64,000 nucleotides of DNA from Escherichia coli (GTDB lineage Bacteria; Pseudomonadota; Gammaproteobacteria; Enterobacterales; Enterobacteriaceae), in assembly GCF_030384885.1 (NCBI RefSeq), contig NZ_CP128613.1, one strand, 5' to 3'. The notes below the pieces were generated by a model, which was not told the DNA's origin, ran no database searches, and saw only the letters and a program-made list of their open reading frames with translations. The translations under genes and the position numbers were made by a program. How positions within the stretch are numbered: the first letter of the stretch is position 1; the number at the start of each line of letters is the position of its first letter. This document shows positions 35,484 to 44,755 of the stretch, one piece after another.

Positions 35484-36061
35484 GAGCGATCTCTTTTCAT
35501 CACCTGACGGCGCACCAGCCATTCACCAGCCATTAACGTCCCCATCAACAAATAAGCAATCATGCCGTTCCAGGCAGTCCATAACGACATATCGCCATGC
35601 AGCGCGGTAAAGAGGGCAATTCCGCCGTTGATGATGAAAAAGCCGCACCAGATTTGCGTGACGTGGCGGGTATAGCGCACGCCCTTTTCCGGGAGGTCTG
35701 GCTCCTGCAAACGCGCCAGCCGCTCAACAATTGGCATTGCCGACCACAGCGAACCGCCAAAAACCGCCAGCATTACCGCGTTAACCACTACCGGGTAAAA
35801 CAGCAGTAGCTGGTGCGTTTTCAACAGAAAGCTGGCAACACACAAGGCGATACCCACAACAGCGACGATTTGTGTGACGGCTTGTAGCGGCCCGGCCTGG
35901 CAACGAGTCTGGCGCAGGCGCAATAAAAGCAGCAGCGCCATCAGCGGCAACAGCCAGTGCAGGCCGTTATGTGCCAAACCAAGCCAAATCACAAACGGCC
36001 AGGCGAGCAGCAATAATCCAGTCAGCAGTTTAATAATCGGTAGCGAGCGAATGCCCGACAT
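35480..36061 (-). CDS. integral membrane protein of unknown function (tentatively ApeG-like)
   Basis: 193 aa with about 5 predicted TM helices; in-operon position. Confidence 0.6.
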   Translation of the reverse strand: MSGIRSLPIIKLLTGLLLLAWPFVIWLGLAHNGLHWLLPLMALLLLLRLRQTRCQAGPLQAVTQIVAVVGIALCVASFLLKTHQLLLFYPVVVNAVMLAVFGGSLWSAMPIVERLARLQEPDLPEKGVRYTRHVTQIWCGFFIINGGIALFTALHGDMSLWTAWNGMIAYLLMGTLMAGEWLVRRQVMKRDRS

Positions 36062-36065
36062 CAGA

Positions 36066-36317
36066 TCAGGCTTCTTGTAGCAGGCGTTCTACGGCCTCTA
36101 CGACATCCCGGACTGTACGCACTGCTTTAAACTCTTCCGGCTTGATTTTCTTACCGGTTTTCTTTTGCAGATGCACAATCATGTCAACGGCGTCGATGCT
36201 GTCCAGTTCCAGATCTTCGTACAGGCGCGCTTCAGGTTTGATGTCCTGCGGTTCGATTTCAAACAGCTTAACCAGCAGAGCTGAGACTTCCTGATAGACG
36301 GTTTGTTGTTCTGTCAT
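36066..36317 (-). CDS. acyl carrier protein
   Basis: 83 aa, acidic, with phosphopantetheine attachment motif DLELDSIDAVD. Confidence 0.85.
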   Translation of the reverse strand: MTEQQTVYQEVSALLVKLFEIEPQDIKPEARLYEDLELDSIDAVDMIVHLQKKTGKKIKPEEFKAVRTVRDVVEAVERLLQEA

Positions 36318-36328
36318 GATGGCTTTCC

Positions 36329-36586
36329 TCAGGCACGTTGTGCAGCAATAAAAGAGGCCAGAGTGGCGACAGAGAAAAAGTGCTGACGCATCTCTTCACT
36401 TTCCGCAGAAAGTACAACGCCATATTCATTTTTCACTGCCAGCCCCAGTTCCAGGGCATCGATAGAGTCCAGCCCTAAACCGTCGCCAAACAGTGGCGCG
36501 TCGGTATCGATATCATCAGGAGCCAACTCGTCCAGATTGAGGGTGCTGATGATGAGATTTTTAATTTCCAGATAAAGCGCTTGCAT
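36329..36586 (-). CDS. acyl carrier protein (second, tandem)
   Basis: 85 aa with attachment motif LGLDSIDALE. Confidence 0.85.
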   Translation of the reverse strand: MQALYLEIKNLIISTLNLDELAPDDIDTDAPLFGDGLGLDSIDALELGLAVKNEYGVVLSAESEEMRQHFFSVATLASFIAAQRA

Positions 36587-37382
36587 TATTTATTCCTGAG
36601 AGAGGTAAACAACCTTGTTGTAATTGAAGCAAAAGATGCCGGTTTAACTGCCTTGCTGCTAGCGCCGGTTCTTGTGAAGTTGCATCGTAAAATTTATTGA
36701 TTTCTACCCGCCCACGGACTTCAACCGTAAAAAGTGGCCTGGCAGGTGGAACGTCATACCATTTACTTTGTTTATCCAGCAGATGCTCGCTACAGCCGAT
36801 CGTCACGATGCGTAAATCGCTGGCGCAGCGCACGGCAATATTCGCCGCACCGCGCTGTAACGTCATTTTTTCACCAGGCTTCGTCCGCGTGCCTTCGGGG
36901 AAAATCAAGATAGTGTCGCCCTGTGCCAGTCGCTGTTGGCAACGGGGTAAGAGAGTTTCAGCTTCGCTGTTGATTAAATAATCTGCCGCCCGCACGACGC
37001 CGCCAAGAAAAGGATTTTTTAACAGCGCGCTTTTTACCAGGCAGTCAGTTTCTGGCATGACTGATGCCAGTAGTACGTAATCGATAAGCGTGGGATGATT
37101 AGCTACGACGAGGCAACCGCGTTCCTGACGTAAAATTTCAGCCCCATCAATACGATAATCCAGCACGCCAAGCCCTTTTGCGACTGTTAAAAACAGACGA
37201 AAACTGGCGGCAATGCTGCGACGCGCCAAACGACGGCGGCGGGAAGTGTTCCACACCAAAACTAACAGTACGTTAAACCACACCACAGAGAGTAGTAGTC
37301 CGCCGAGGCCAAACAGGGCAAAACACAACCCGGTCATAACCAGTCGCCATGTCCATTCCAGGCGTGACATCAGCTTACTCAT
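36561..37382 (-). CDS. PlsC-family lysophospholipid acyltransferase (tentatively ApeD-like)
   Basis: 273 aa; N-terminal TM helix, NHPTLID (HxxxxD) and FPEGTR motifs. Confidence 0.75.
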   Translation of the reverse strand: MSKLMSRLEWTWRLVMTGLCFALFGLGGLLLSVVWFNVLLVLVWNTSRRRRLARRSIAASFRLFLTVAKGLGVLDYRIDGAEILRQERGCLVVANHPTLIDYVLLASVMPETDCLVKSALLKNPFLGGVVRAADYLINSEAETLLPRCQQRLAQGDTILIFPEGTRTKPGEKMTLQRGAANIAVRCASDLRIVTIGCSEHLLDKQSKWYDVPPARPLFTVEVRGRVEINKFYDATSQEPALAARQLNRHLLLQLQQGCLPLSGINNASALSGN

Positions 37383-38125
37383 CTACGGCTCCAGCGCCAC
37401 TGTACGCGCTCACCAGGAAGTGAAAAAGCATCTGAATTTTGTAAATAGTGCTGTAAAAACAACATGCTTTGCGGCAGTGTTGTTTCATTGCCCGCAATGG
37501 CTGGCTGTGTTTCACATTGCCACTCATCGCCAGCTTCAATCACCAGCGCAACAGCATATGGCCAGGTCGGCATTTCTGCTGGGAGCTGCGGATGATAGAA
37601 CTCAGGTAGAAAGCCATCAAAATCGACCATCAACACACGCTGGTATCCCGCTTGTAGCAGGCTAAGCACTTCACTCAAACCTTGCTGGAAAGTGTCGCGA
37701 CCAGCCGAAAGCGATGACGAAACGATCGGCTGTTTGGCCGCAATGGTCAGGTTACCCACGGAAGAGTTGTGTACTGAAAGTGCAAAGTCGGTGGGGGAAA
37801 GCGCCTGTTCAGTTGCCAGTGCATGAACAATGCGGTAATTGCGCTCCAGTTCGCCATGACGACTGGTATACAAAACGGCGTCTGGCTGATGGCGGCGTAG
37901 CATTGCCAGGCCGCATTCAACAGCCAGTTTGCTGCCTGAACTGAGGCGGCGGGCGGTCATCATTGGCAGTTCACTTAATTTTGCCAACGGCGCGGCAGGG
38001 TCAATCGCCCACGGCTGGCGCGACCATGCTTGCCATTGCTGCGCTTCGCTAAGTCCAGGCGCCAGTGCCTGCCAGTCGGTAATATTTAATGTAAATTTCA
38101 TCAACGCGCGCCCGCGGTAAACCAA
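37379..38125 (-). CDS. ketosynthase-like protein without the recognisable catalytic triad; chain-length-factor-like partner (tentatively ApeC-like)
   Basis: 248 aa, start overlaps downstream-gene stop; no Cys/His KS motifs found by eye; alternative start at ATG 38101. Confidence 0.55.
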   Translation of the reverse strand: MVYRGRALMKFTLNITDWQALAPGLSEAQQWQAWSRQPWAIDPAAPLAKLSELPMMTARRLSSGSKLAVECGLAMLRRHQPDAVLYTSRHGELERNYRIVHALATEQALSPTDFALSVHNSSVGNLTIAAKQPIVSSSLSAGRDTFQQGLSEVLSLLQAGYQRVLMVDFDGFLPEFYHPQLPAEMPTWPYAVALVIEAGDEWQCETQPAIAGNETTLPQSMLFLQHYLQNSDAFSLPGERVQWRWSRR

Positions 38126-38141
38126 AATTATTAAGTGACGA

Positions 38142-39209
38142 TTATTTCTTTTGGCATATCAAAAGAGTATGCCCAACGCCTAAATTATCGTGGCGCTCTG
38201 CTACCTGAAATCCTGCTTTATTCAGATAGTCGTAAAATTTCTCTGCACTATAGAAACGGCTGTTACCGTTTGCCATGCAGGTGAAATAAAGTGAGGACGC
38301 GTTCAGGCTAAATGATGCTGCTTCAAACCGCTGCGCATCCCAGAACAACTCCATGATGCAAACTTTTGCGCCAGGCTTCATTACGCTGGCGATTTTGCTG
38401 AGTATGCTAATTATTTGTTCGGGTGAAAAACAGTCTAAAAATTGGCTCATCCACCAGATATCAGCCTCGCCCGGTAATGGGGCATCGCTTAGCATATCCA
38501 CCGCATGGAAATCTATGCGATCAGAAAAACCTGCATTCGCGATATTTTCTTTCGCTAGTACGATTTGTTGTGGCAGATCTAATAACGTCACGGCGATGTT
38601 TTCATTGTATTTGCAGCAACGCAAAGCCCACTTACCCGTATTGCCGCCTACATCGTACAATGTTGTGGGGTTGTTGGCGAATACATAAGGCAGTGCGGCG
38701 TTAAATGCGCCATCTGAATAGTAATGATCAAACGCAAACCAGCTTTCACGAGCGGCATCTGGTAATTGTGAAAGTGCGGGATATATCGTCGACCAGTCGC
38801 CAAATACTTTTAACCCGGACGGTTTTCCTTCATTGAGTGAATCGGCGAGGAAGAAGAGCCCCTGATAGCAGACATCCTGGGTGAAATCCATATTCACGCG
38901 AGTCATAGTGTCATGCAGGAGGTAATGACCGATTTTCGCCAGGTAATACATTCCCTCTTTACAGGTAATAATTCGCCCGCTTAAGCCCATATCTAACAGA
39001 ACGCTGGCCGCATATTCGTTGATATGGCTATGTTCGGTGATATCAGCCAGCGTTGCGCCATGTTTGCCTTGCCGATCCAGATATGAAAGTACACCCGCAT
39101 TACGTAGGCAGAGAGCTGTTTGAAAAAGCATGGGGGCAAAGGCAATGCGTTGAGCTTCGGTAATCGCATCCAGTGCGCTAAGAGAATCCTGTTCGTACAT
39201 GTTGGGCAC
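38142..39209 (-). CDS. class I SAM-dependent (O-)methyltransferase (tentatively ApeB-like)
   Basis: 355 aa; glycine-rich SAM-binding motif VGGNTGKWA. Confidence 0.75.
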   Translation of the reverse strand: MPNMYEQDSLSALDAITEAQRIAFAPMLFQTALCLRNAGVLSYLDRQGKHGATLADITEHSHINEYAASVLLDMGLSGRIITCKEGMYYLAKIGHYLLHDTMTRVNMDFTQDVCYQGLFFLADSLNEGKPSGLKVFGDWSTIYPALSQLPDAARESWFAFDHYYSDGAFNAALPYVFANNPTTLYDVGGNTGKWALRCCKYNENIAVTLLDLPQQIVLAKENIANAGFSDRIDFHAVDMLSDAPLPGEADIWWMSQFLDCFSPEQIISILSKIASVMKPGAKVCIMELFWDAQRFEAASFSLNASSLYFTCMANGNSRFYSAEKFYDYLNKAGFQVAERHDNLGVGHTLLICQKK

Positions 39210-39268
39210 AACCTGTTAAGAGGGAATTAAATTATTATCGGACCGAAGCGGCCCGACTTTAGGGGAAA

Positions 39269-39658
39269 TTACAAATCTGCGCCAGCCGACAAATTCAGTT
39301 GAATATCTTTGTCGAGATTGCGGACCCAGCGATTATAGTTTTTATGAATTTGTCCGCCTGATGCTTGCAGGTTCTGACTATTTTCATAATTGATATCGTA
39401 GCTGGATGCCGTGTAGTTAATGCGAATTTCGGCTGAATGATCGCGTGACTGTTGACGTGCTTTAATTACGCCTTGTCCGGCTTCGGACATAATCCATTTG
39501 CGTTCAACGCCAGCTTTCAGAATCGCTTTTTTCACTTGTTCCGGGGTATGACCAGCGCTGACGGTTGAGTGAACCTGATCAATTGGCGCAGTACGCGCGC
39601 AACCCGCTAAAGCACCCACAACAGCAATAGCCGCAAACCATTTCATGTAATGTCTCAT
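39269..39658 (-). CDS. small lipoprotein, first gene of the cluster transcription unit
   Basis: 129 aa; signal peptide with lipobox LAGC; lower GC than the downstream genes. Confidence 0.55.
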   Translation of the reverse strand: MRHYMKWFAAIAVVGALAGCARTAPIDQVHSTVSAGHTPEQVKKAILKAGVERKWIMSEAGQGVIKARQQSRDHSAEIRINYTASSYDINYENSQNLQASGGQIHKNYNRWVRNLDKDIQLNLSAGADL

Positions 39659-39988
39659 TAGAATCCCATTAAAGTATTGTTTTTACGAGTAAAGCAAGAT
39701 TTAACTGTAATTGCTGGCATCACTATTCTTTATTTAGCGAAAAAATTACTTGTGAGATAAGTCAGTAAGTGCACATCAGAGTAAAAATTTCTGAAATGAC
39801 TAAATTACTGCCAGCGGGGACCAACTATAAGTGAGTGAGAAAAATGAGGCAATAAAAATAACAGATTGTTATCAGTGCATTCTTTGAGAGGGATTTAATC
39901 GCTATTCGGCGTTTATATATATTTGACTTAAGGAATGGTTTTTATAAATTAATTGTCTGAATAATGTTTCTTCATTTCCTCAAATCAA
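39659..39988 (-). promoter_or_regulatory. AT-rich putative promoter/regulatory region of the biosynthetic cluster
   Basis: About 330 bp non-coding, very AT-rich (TTTATATATATTTGACTTAAGG), between the yhhT terminator and the first cluster gene. Confidence 0.4.
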
Positions 39989-40017
39989 ATGGCCACTGTT
40001 AGATAAACGGTGGCCAT
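39989..40017 (-). terminator. candidate yhhT terminator hairpin
   Basis: ATGGCCAC-n13-GTGGCCAT stem 20 bp past the yhhT stop, followed on the minus strand by TTGATTTGAGG. Confidence 0.5.
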
Positions 40018-40037
40018 TGCCTGCTCAGGAGGTGCTA

Positions 40038-41087
40038 TTAACCTGGTAACCGACTTTTCGGTCTGCCCGGCCCCAGTAAGATCGCCAGTTTGCTACCGCC
40101 TTTGGTGGTTTCCATCCAGATTTTACACACGCTGGTTAATGGTACCGAAAGTAGCATTCCAACCGGGCCGAGCAGCCATCCCCAAATCAACAATGAAAGA
40201 AATACCACCATGGTGGACATCCCCAGGCGATGGCCCATCATCCGCGGTTCTAAAATATTGCCGATGACCATATGGACAACTAAAAACAATGCGCCGACCA
40301 GAATACATTCGTAAACGCCATTAAACAGCAGCACCTGAATCATTGGCGGTACGGCGGAAATTACCGCGCCGATATTGGGGACGTAGTTAAGCAAAAACGC
40401 CAGTACCGCCCACATCAGCGCAAACTGTACACCCATAAGTTCCAGCCCCAGCCAGACGATAATGCCTGTCCATAAACTTAGCAGTGTCTTCAATGCAAGA
40501 TAGTGCGAAACACCTTTTAAGGCGCGGTGTAGTCCGGCGATGTGAATCTGTGGATTATTCAACGCAAAACGCATTTTGTAAGGGACGTGGCGCACTTCAA
40601 ACAGCATGAAAACTACGGTCATCACCAGCAAAAGCACGCTCGCCATTGCCCCGGAAAGCCCGGTCATTAGCGCCGTGGTGAAGGTAACCACTTTTTCCGA
40701 GTCCATCCGCTGCAGCATTCGCTCCGGCGACATATGCAAATTAAGAAAAGGCAACATCTCCTGCAATTTAAAAAGCTTGCGCGTCAGCTCCTTATTAAAC
40801 TTCGGCAGCATAGAGATAAATTCGTTAAACGAAGCTGCCAGTACACCGACCAGTGCGGTAAGTGCGATCAGCATCACCACCACCACAATCGTAATTGCAA
40901 CGGGGCGTTGTACTCCGCGACGAATAAACCAGGTGACGAGCGGGTTGAGGACGATGGCAAAAAACAGCGCCAGTAACAGTTGCACAATGATATCTGCCGC
41001 TGCGTGAATGCCCGCGAGGATTACTACCAGCGAGGCCAGTTTAAGCAGAATGTGCATGCCCGTTTTATCGGGTTGAGGGGTTTCCAT
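40038..41087 (-). CDS. yhhT: AI-2E family (PerM-like) membrane transporter
   Basis: ATG at 41087 gives 349 aa (METPQPDKTGMHILL...); polytopic. Confidence 0.8.
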   Translation of the reverse strand: METPQPDKTGMHILLKLASLVVILAGIHAAADIIVQLLLALFFAIVLNPLVTWFIRRGVQRPVAITIVVVVMLIALTALVGVLAASFNEFISMLPKFNKELTRKLFKLQEMLPFLNLHMSPERMLQRMDSEKVVTFTTALMTGLSGAMASVLLLVMTVVFMLFEVRHVPYKMRFALNNPQIHIAGLHRALKGVSHYLALKTLLSLWTGIIVWLGLELMGVQFALMWAVLAFLLNYVPNIGAVISAVPPMIQVLLFNGVYECILVGALFLVVHMVIGNILEPRMMGHRLGMSTMVVFLSLLIWGWLLGPVGMLLSVPLTSVCKIWMETTKGGSKLAILLGPGRPKSRLPG

Positions 41088-41218
41088 TGGGGCTTCCTTG
41101 TGACTTTTTGTATTAAGTGTAGCGGGAGTCACGCCAGCAATATTCTGATTCTTACTGCTGATTTTCACGTCAGCACGTGGTAAAAATGAAACACTGTTGT
41201 AAAAATGTGGTGATCCTC

Positions 41219-42436
41219 ATGCCCGAACCCGTAGCCGAACCCGCGCTAAACGGATTGCGCCTGAATTTGCGCATTGTCTCCATTGTCATGTTTAACTTCG
41301 CCAGCTACCTCACCATCGGGTTGCCGCTCGCTGTATTACCGGGCTATGTCCATGATGTGATGGGCTTTAGCGCTTTCTGGGCAGGATTGGTTATCAGCCT
41401 GCAATATTTCGCCACCTTGCTGAGCCGCCCTCATGCCGGACGTTACGCCGATTTGCTGGGACCCAAAAAGATTGTCGTCTTCGGTTTATGCGGCTGCTTT
41501 TTAAGCGGTTTGGGGTATCTGACGGCAGGATTAACCGCCAGTCTGCCCGTCATCAGCCTGTTATTACTTTGCCTGGGACGTGTGATTCTCGGCATTGGGC
41601 AAAGTTTTGCCGGAACAGGGTCGACACTGTGGGGCGTTGGCGTGGTTGGTTCGCTGCATATCGGGCGGGTGATTTCGTGGAACGGCATTGTCACTTACGG
41701 GGCGATGGCGATGGGTGCGCCGTTAGGTGTCGTGTTTTATCACTGGGGCGGCTTGCAGGCGTTAGCGTTAATCATTATGGGTGTGGCGCTGGTGGCCATT
41801 TTGTTAGCGATCCCGCGTCCGACGGTAAAAGCCAGTAAAGGCAAACCACTGCCGTTTCGCGCGGTGCTTGGGCGCGTCTGGTTATACGGCATGGCGCTGG
41901 CGTTGGCTTCTGCCGGATTTGGCGTTATCGCCACCTTTATCACATTGTTTTATGACGCTAAAGGCTGGGACGGTGCGGCTTTTGCGCTGACGCTGTTTAG
42001 CTGTGCATTTGTTGGAACGCGATTGTTATTCCCTAACGGCATAAATCGTATCGGCGGCTTAAATGTGGCGATGATTTGCTTTAGCGTTGAGATAATCGGC
42101 CTGCTACTGGTTGGCGTGGCGACTATGCCGTGGATGGCGAAAATCGGCGTCTTACTCGCGGGGGCGGGGTTTTCGCTGGTGTTCCCGGCATTGGGCGTAG
42201 TGGCGGTAAAAGCAGTGCCGCAGCAGAATCAGGGGGCGGCGCTGGCAACTTACACCGTATTTATGGATTTATCGCTTGGCGTGACCGGACCACTGGCTGG
42301 GCTGGTGATGAGTTGGGCGGGCGTCCCGGTGATTTATCTGGCGGCGGCGGGACTGGTCGCAATCGCGTTATTACTGACGTGGCGATTAAAAAAACGGCCT
42401 CCGGTGGAAGTACCTGAGGCCATCTCATCATCTTAA
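41219..42436 (+). CDS. yhhS: MFS transporter
   Basis: ATG at 41219 gives 405 aa; 12-TM MFS topology. Confidence 0.8.
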   Translation: MPEPVAEPALNGLRLNLRIVSIVMFNFASYLTIGLPLAVLPGYVHDVMGFSAFWAGLVISLQYFATLLSRPHAGRYADLLGPKKIVVFGLCGCFLSGLGYLTAGLTASLPVISLLLLCLGRVILGIGQSFAGTGSTLWGVGVVGSLHIGRVISWNGIVTYGAMAMGAPLGVVFYHWGGLQALALIIMGVALVAILLAIPRPTVKASKGKPLPFRAVLGRVWLYGMALALASAGFGVIATFITLFYDAKGWDGAAFALTLFSCAFVGTRLLFPNGINRIGGLNVAMICFSVEIIGLLLVGVATMPWMAKIGVLLAGAGFSLVFPALGVVAVKAVPQQNQGAALATYTVFMDLSLGVTGPLAGLVMSWAGVPVIYLAAAGLVAIALLLTWRLKKRPPVEVPEAISSS

Positions 42437-42439
42437 AAC

Positions 42440-42997
42440 TTACTGAATAACCAGCGTATTAATGATGTTTTCTGCGGTGGTCTGTGCTTTTTGCTGATCG
42501 TCAGCTGGCAGCGTAATTTGCATGGTCAGCAGTTGATTACCCACGTTACCCAGAATAACGGAAGAGTACGCCGTCTGGCCTTTCGCGGAGATAATGCTGT
42601 CTAACTGCTGCATTTTGTGACCTTTCAGCTCAATGGCTTTGTTGGTCACTACTTGCAGCTGTGGATCGCGGCTACGTTGCTGATCTTCCAGGCGCTTCGC
42701 CAGCACCGCCAGATCTTCTTTCGGATCATCGCCCATGATGACGATGACTGCTTTTTGCCCGGTGGCGTCGGACCAGACATGCATGTTATTAGCCTGCGTT
42801 CCCAGCTTACCGCTCTGGTCGGTCATATCCGCTGGCAGCGAGAAACTTAACTTGCCATCAAGCAGGTTGACGGGATTCCCGGTAGCGTTACTTTCCGCGA
42901 CCGAACCCTGCGCCGTAGCGTTAGTGTCTTTATCATCACAGGCCGCAAGCCCCATAACCAGCAGGCCAATTCCGACATATTTAACCAGATTGCGCAT
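42440..42997 (-). CDS. dcrB: periplasmic lipoprotein DcrB
   Basis: 185 aa from [22 protein letters not shown] (lipobox). Confidence 0.8.
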
Positions 42998-43069
42998 TGA
43001 CTTCTTCCTTTCGATAAACGGCCATAACGGCTCATTCATCCATCTTATCACAACTCTGATAACGAACCT

Positions 43070-43735
43070 TTAACTCGCCTGCAAAGCGTTGATTTCGGAT
43101 TTATCTGCCAGTCTTTTCAACAGCATATTGAGTAATACGCCATACATTGGCAGGAAGAAAACGATACTGATTAACACTTTGAAACAGTAATCGACCAGCG
43201 CGATTTCCATCCAGTGTTCAGCCATAAAGGCATCTGGGCTGCGCCAGAAGGCAATGAAGAAGAAGGCCAGCGTGTCGCTGACGTTACCAAACAGGGTGGA
43301 AGCCGTCGGTGCCAGCCACCAGCGACGACTCTGACGCAGGCGGTTAAAAACGTGCACGTCGAGGATTTGCCCCAGCGCGTAGGCCATGAAACTGGCGGTG
43401 GCGATACGGGCGACAAACAGGTTGAAGTGGGCGAGCGCGCCGAATCCCTGCCAGGAACCCATATAGAACAGCGACGAGATGACGTAGGAGATCAGTAACG
43501 CCGGGATCATCACCGCAAAGATGATACGACGGGCCAGCGGTGCGCCAAAAATACGCACAGTCAGGTCGGTAGCAAGGAAAATAAACGGAAAGCTAAACGC
43601 GCCCCAGGTGGTATGGAAACCAAAAATGGATACGGGAAGCTGAACCAGATAGTTACTGGAGGTGATCACCAACAGATGAAATAACGATAACCAGAACAAC
43701 GCTTTATAGCGTTGAGTTTGCGAGAAAACGTTCAT
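43070..43735 (-). CDS. yhhQ: queuosine-precursor transporter family membrane protein
   Basis: 221-aa polytopic ORF at the K-12 yhhQ position. Confidence 0.8.
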   Translation of the reverse strand: MNVFSQTQRYKALFWLSLFHLLVITSSNYLVQLPVSIFGFHTTWGAFSFPFIFLATDLTVRIFGAPLARRIIFAVMIPALLISYVISSLFYMGSWQGFGALAHFNLFVARIATASFMAYALGQILDVHVFNRLRQSRRWWLAPTASTLFGNVSDTLAFFFIAFWRSPDAFMAEHWMEIALVDYCFKVLISIVFFLPMYGVLLNMLLKRLADKSEINALQAS

Positions 43736-43954
43736 ATTGTACCTTTTTGATTAACCATTGGGGTGAGGGAACCCAATACGTACGACACGTCTGTTACCTT
43801 AACATAATAACGTGCTGACCCTTTTTTCGAGCCGCCGCATGATACTGCTTTACGTTGACAATGCAATGGTTAATTTTCGCGCAATCGTTAACCTGGTTTG
43901 CTTACGGACTCACAGGGCGTAAACTAGCGCCGTTTTTTATGTGATGAGAAGAAA

Positions 43955-44200
43955 ATGACCGATCTCTTTTCCAGCCCTGACCACACACTCGACGCACTTG
44001 GCCTGCGCTGCCCGGAACCCGTGATGATGGTGCGCAAAACTGTGCGCAATATGCAACCTGGCGAAACGTTGCTGATTATTGCTGATGATCCGGCGACGAC
44101 ACGCGATATTCCTGGGTTTTGTACCTTTATGGAACACGAACTGGTTGCTAAAGAAACGGATGGACTGCCTTATCGTTATTTGATTCGTAAATCGGGGTAA
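43955..44200 (+). CDS. tusA: sulfur carrier protein TusA
   Basis: 81 aa with CPEP active-site motif ([12 protein letters not shown]). Confidence 0.9.
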
Positions 44201-44304
44201 GGTGGATCAGGCTAGCGGACCGATCGCGCTCAATTTTGCGGCTTGCAACCGGTTTGTAGGACGGATAAAACGTTCAAGCTGCATCTGGCGATACGGTGCG
44301 CAAT

Positions 44305-44391
44305 GCCTGATGCGACGCTGTCGCGTCTTATCATGCCTACGAGTTCAATGCCCTGTGTAGGCCAGATAAGGCGTTTACGCCGCATCCGGCA
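44305..44391. repeat. REP/BIME-type extragenic palindromic repeats
   Basis: GCCTGATGCGACG...CATGCCTAC and GTAGGCCAGATAAGGCGTTTACGCCGCATCCGGCA units. Confidence 0.75.
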
Positions 44392-44414
44392 CGCAAACGT
44401 AATGGAATGCACAA

Positions 44415-44723
44415 ATGGATTATTTAATTCCAGTTTGTCTGGTATTGCTGGGATTGCTCGCGATCTTCACCCCCAATTGGCTGATCCCTGTTTTTATCGT
44501 CGTGGGGGGATGGCTGGGGGTACTTGCCTGGGGTTGGCTCTGGCTAATGATTTTTTTACCTTTACTTAACGGTGTCGGGCTTGCTTATGCCCTGTGGTTG
44601 ATGTTCAAAAGGCCATCCATAGCATCCCGCCTGGTTGCTGCATGCTGTGTTATCTCCGTCATTCTGATGTTAGCGCTTTATTATGCTTTCCTGACTATGC
44701 CGCCGTTCCCGCCTCAGCACTAA
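44415..44723 (+). CDS. hypothetical small hydrophobic membrane protein (102 aa)
   Basis: ORF with 3 predicted TM helices, Trp/Leu-rich, followed directly by a strong hairpin; weak ribosome-binding site. Confidence 0.35.
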   Translation: MDYLIPVCLVLLGLLAIFTPNWLIPVFIVVGGWLGVLAWGWLWLMIFLPLLNGVGLAYALWLMFKRPSIASRLVAACCVISVILMLALYYAFLTMPPFPPQH

Positions 44724-44748
44724 GCCTGATAGCCAGAGGCTATCAGGC
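44724..44748. terminator. strong hairpin between the small ORF and convergent zntA, possibly a bidirectional terminator
   Basis: GCCTGATAGCC-aga-GGCTATCAGGC perfect 11-bp stem; T-rich sequence follows on the plus strand. Confidence 0.55.
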
Positions 44749-44755
44749 AACACTT

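Noticed and set aside
24044-40037. Mobile-element boundaries (integrase, transposase, IS, tRNA, direct repeats) flanking the biosynthetic cluster
   Set aside because: None found: the cluster abuts acpT within 1 nt and is bounded on the other side by the yhhT terminator, so I do not call it a mobile element.
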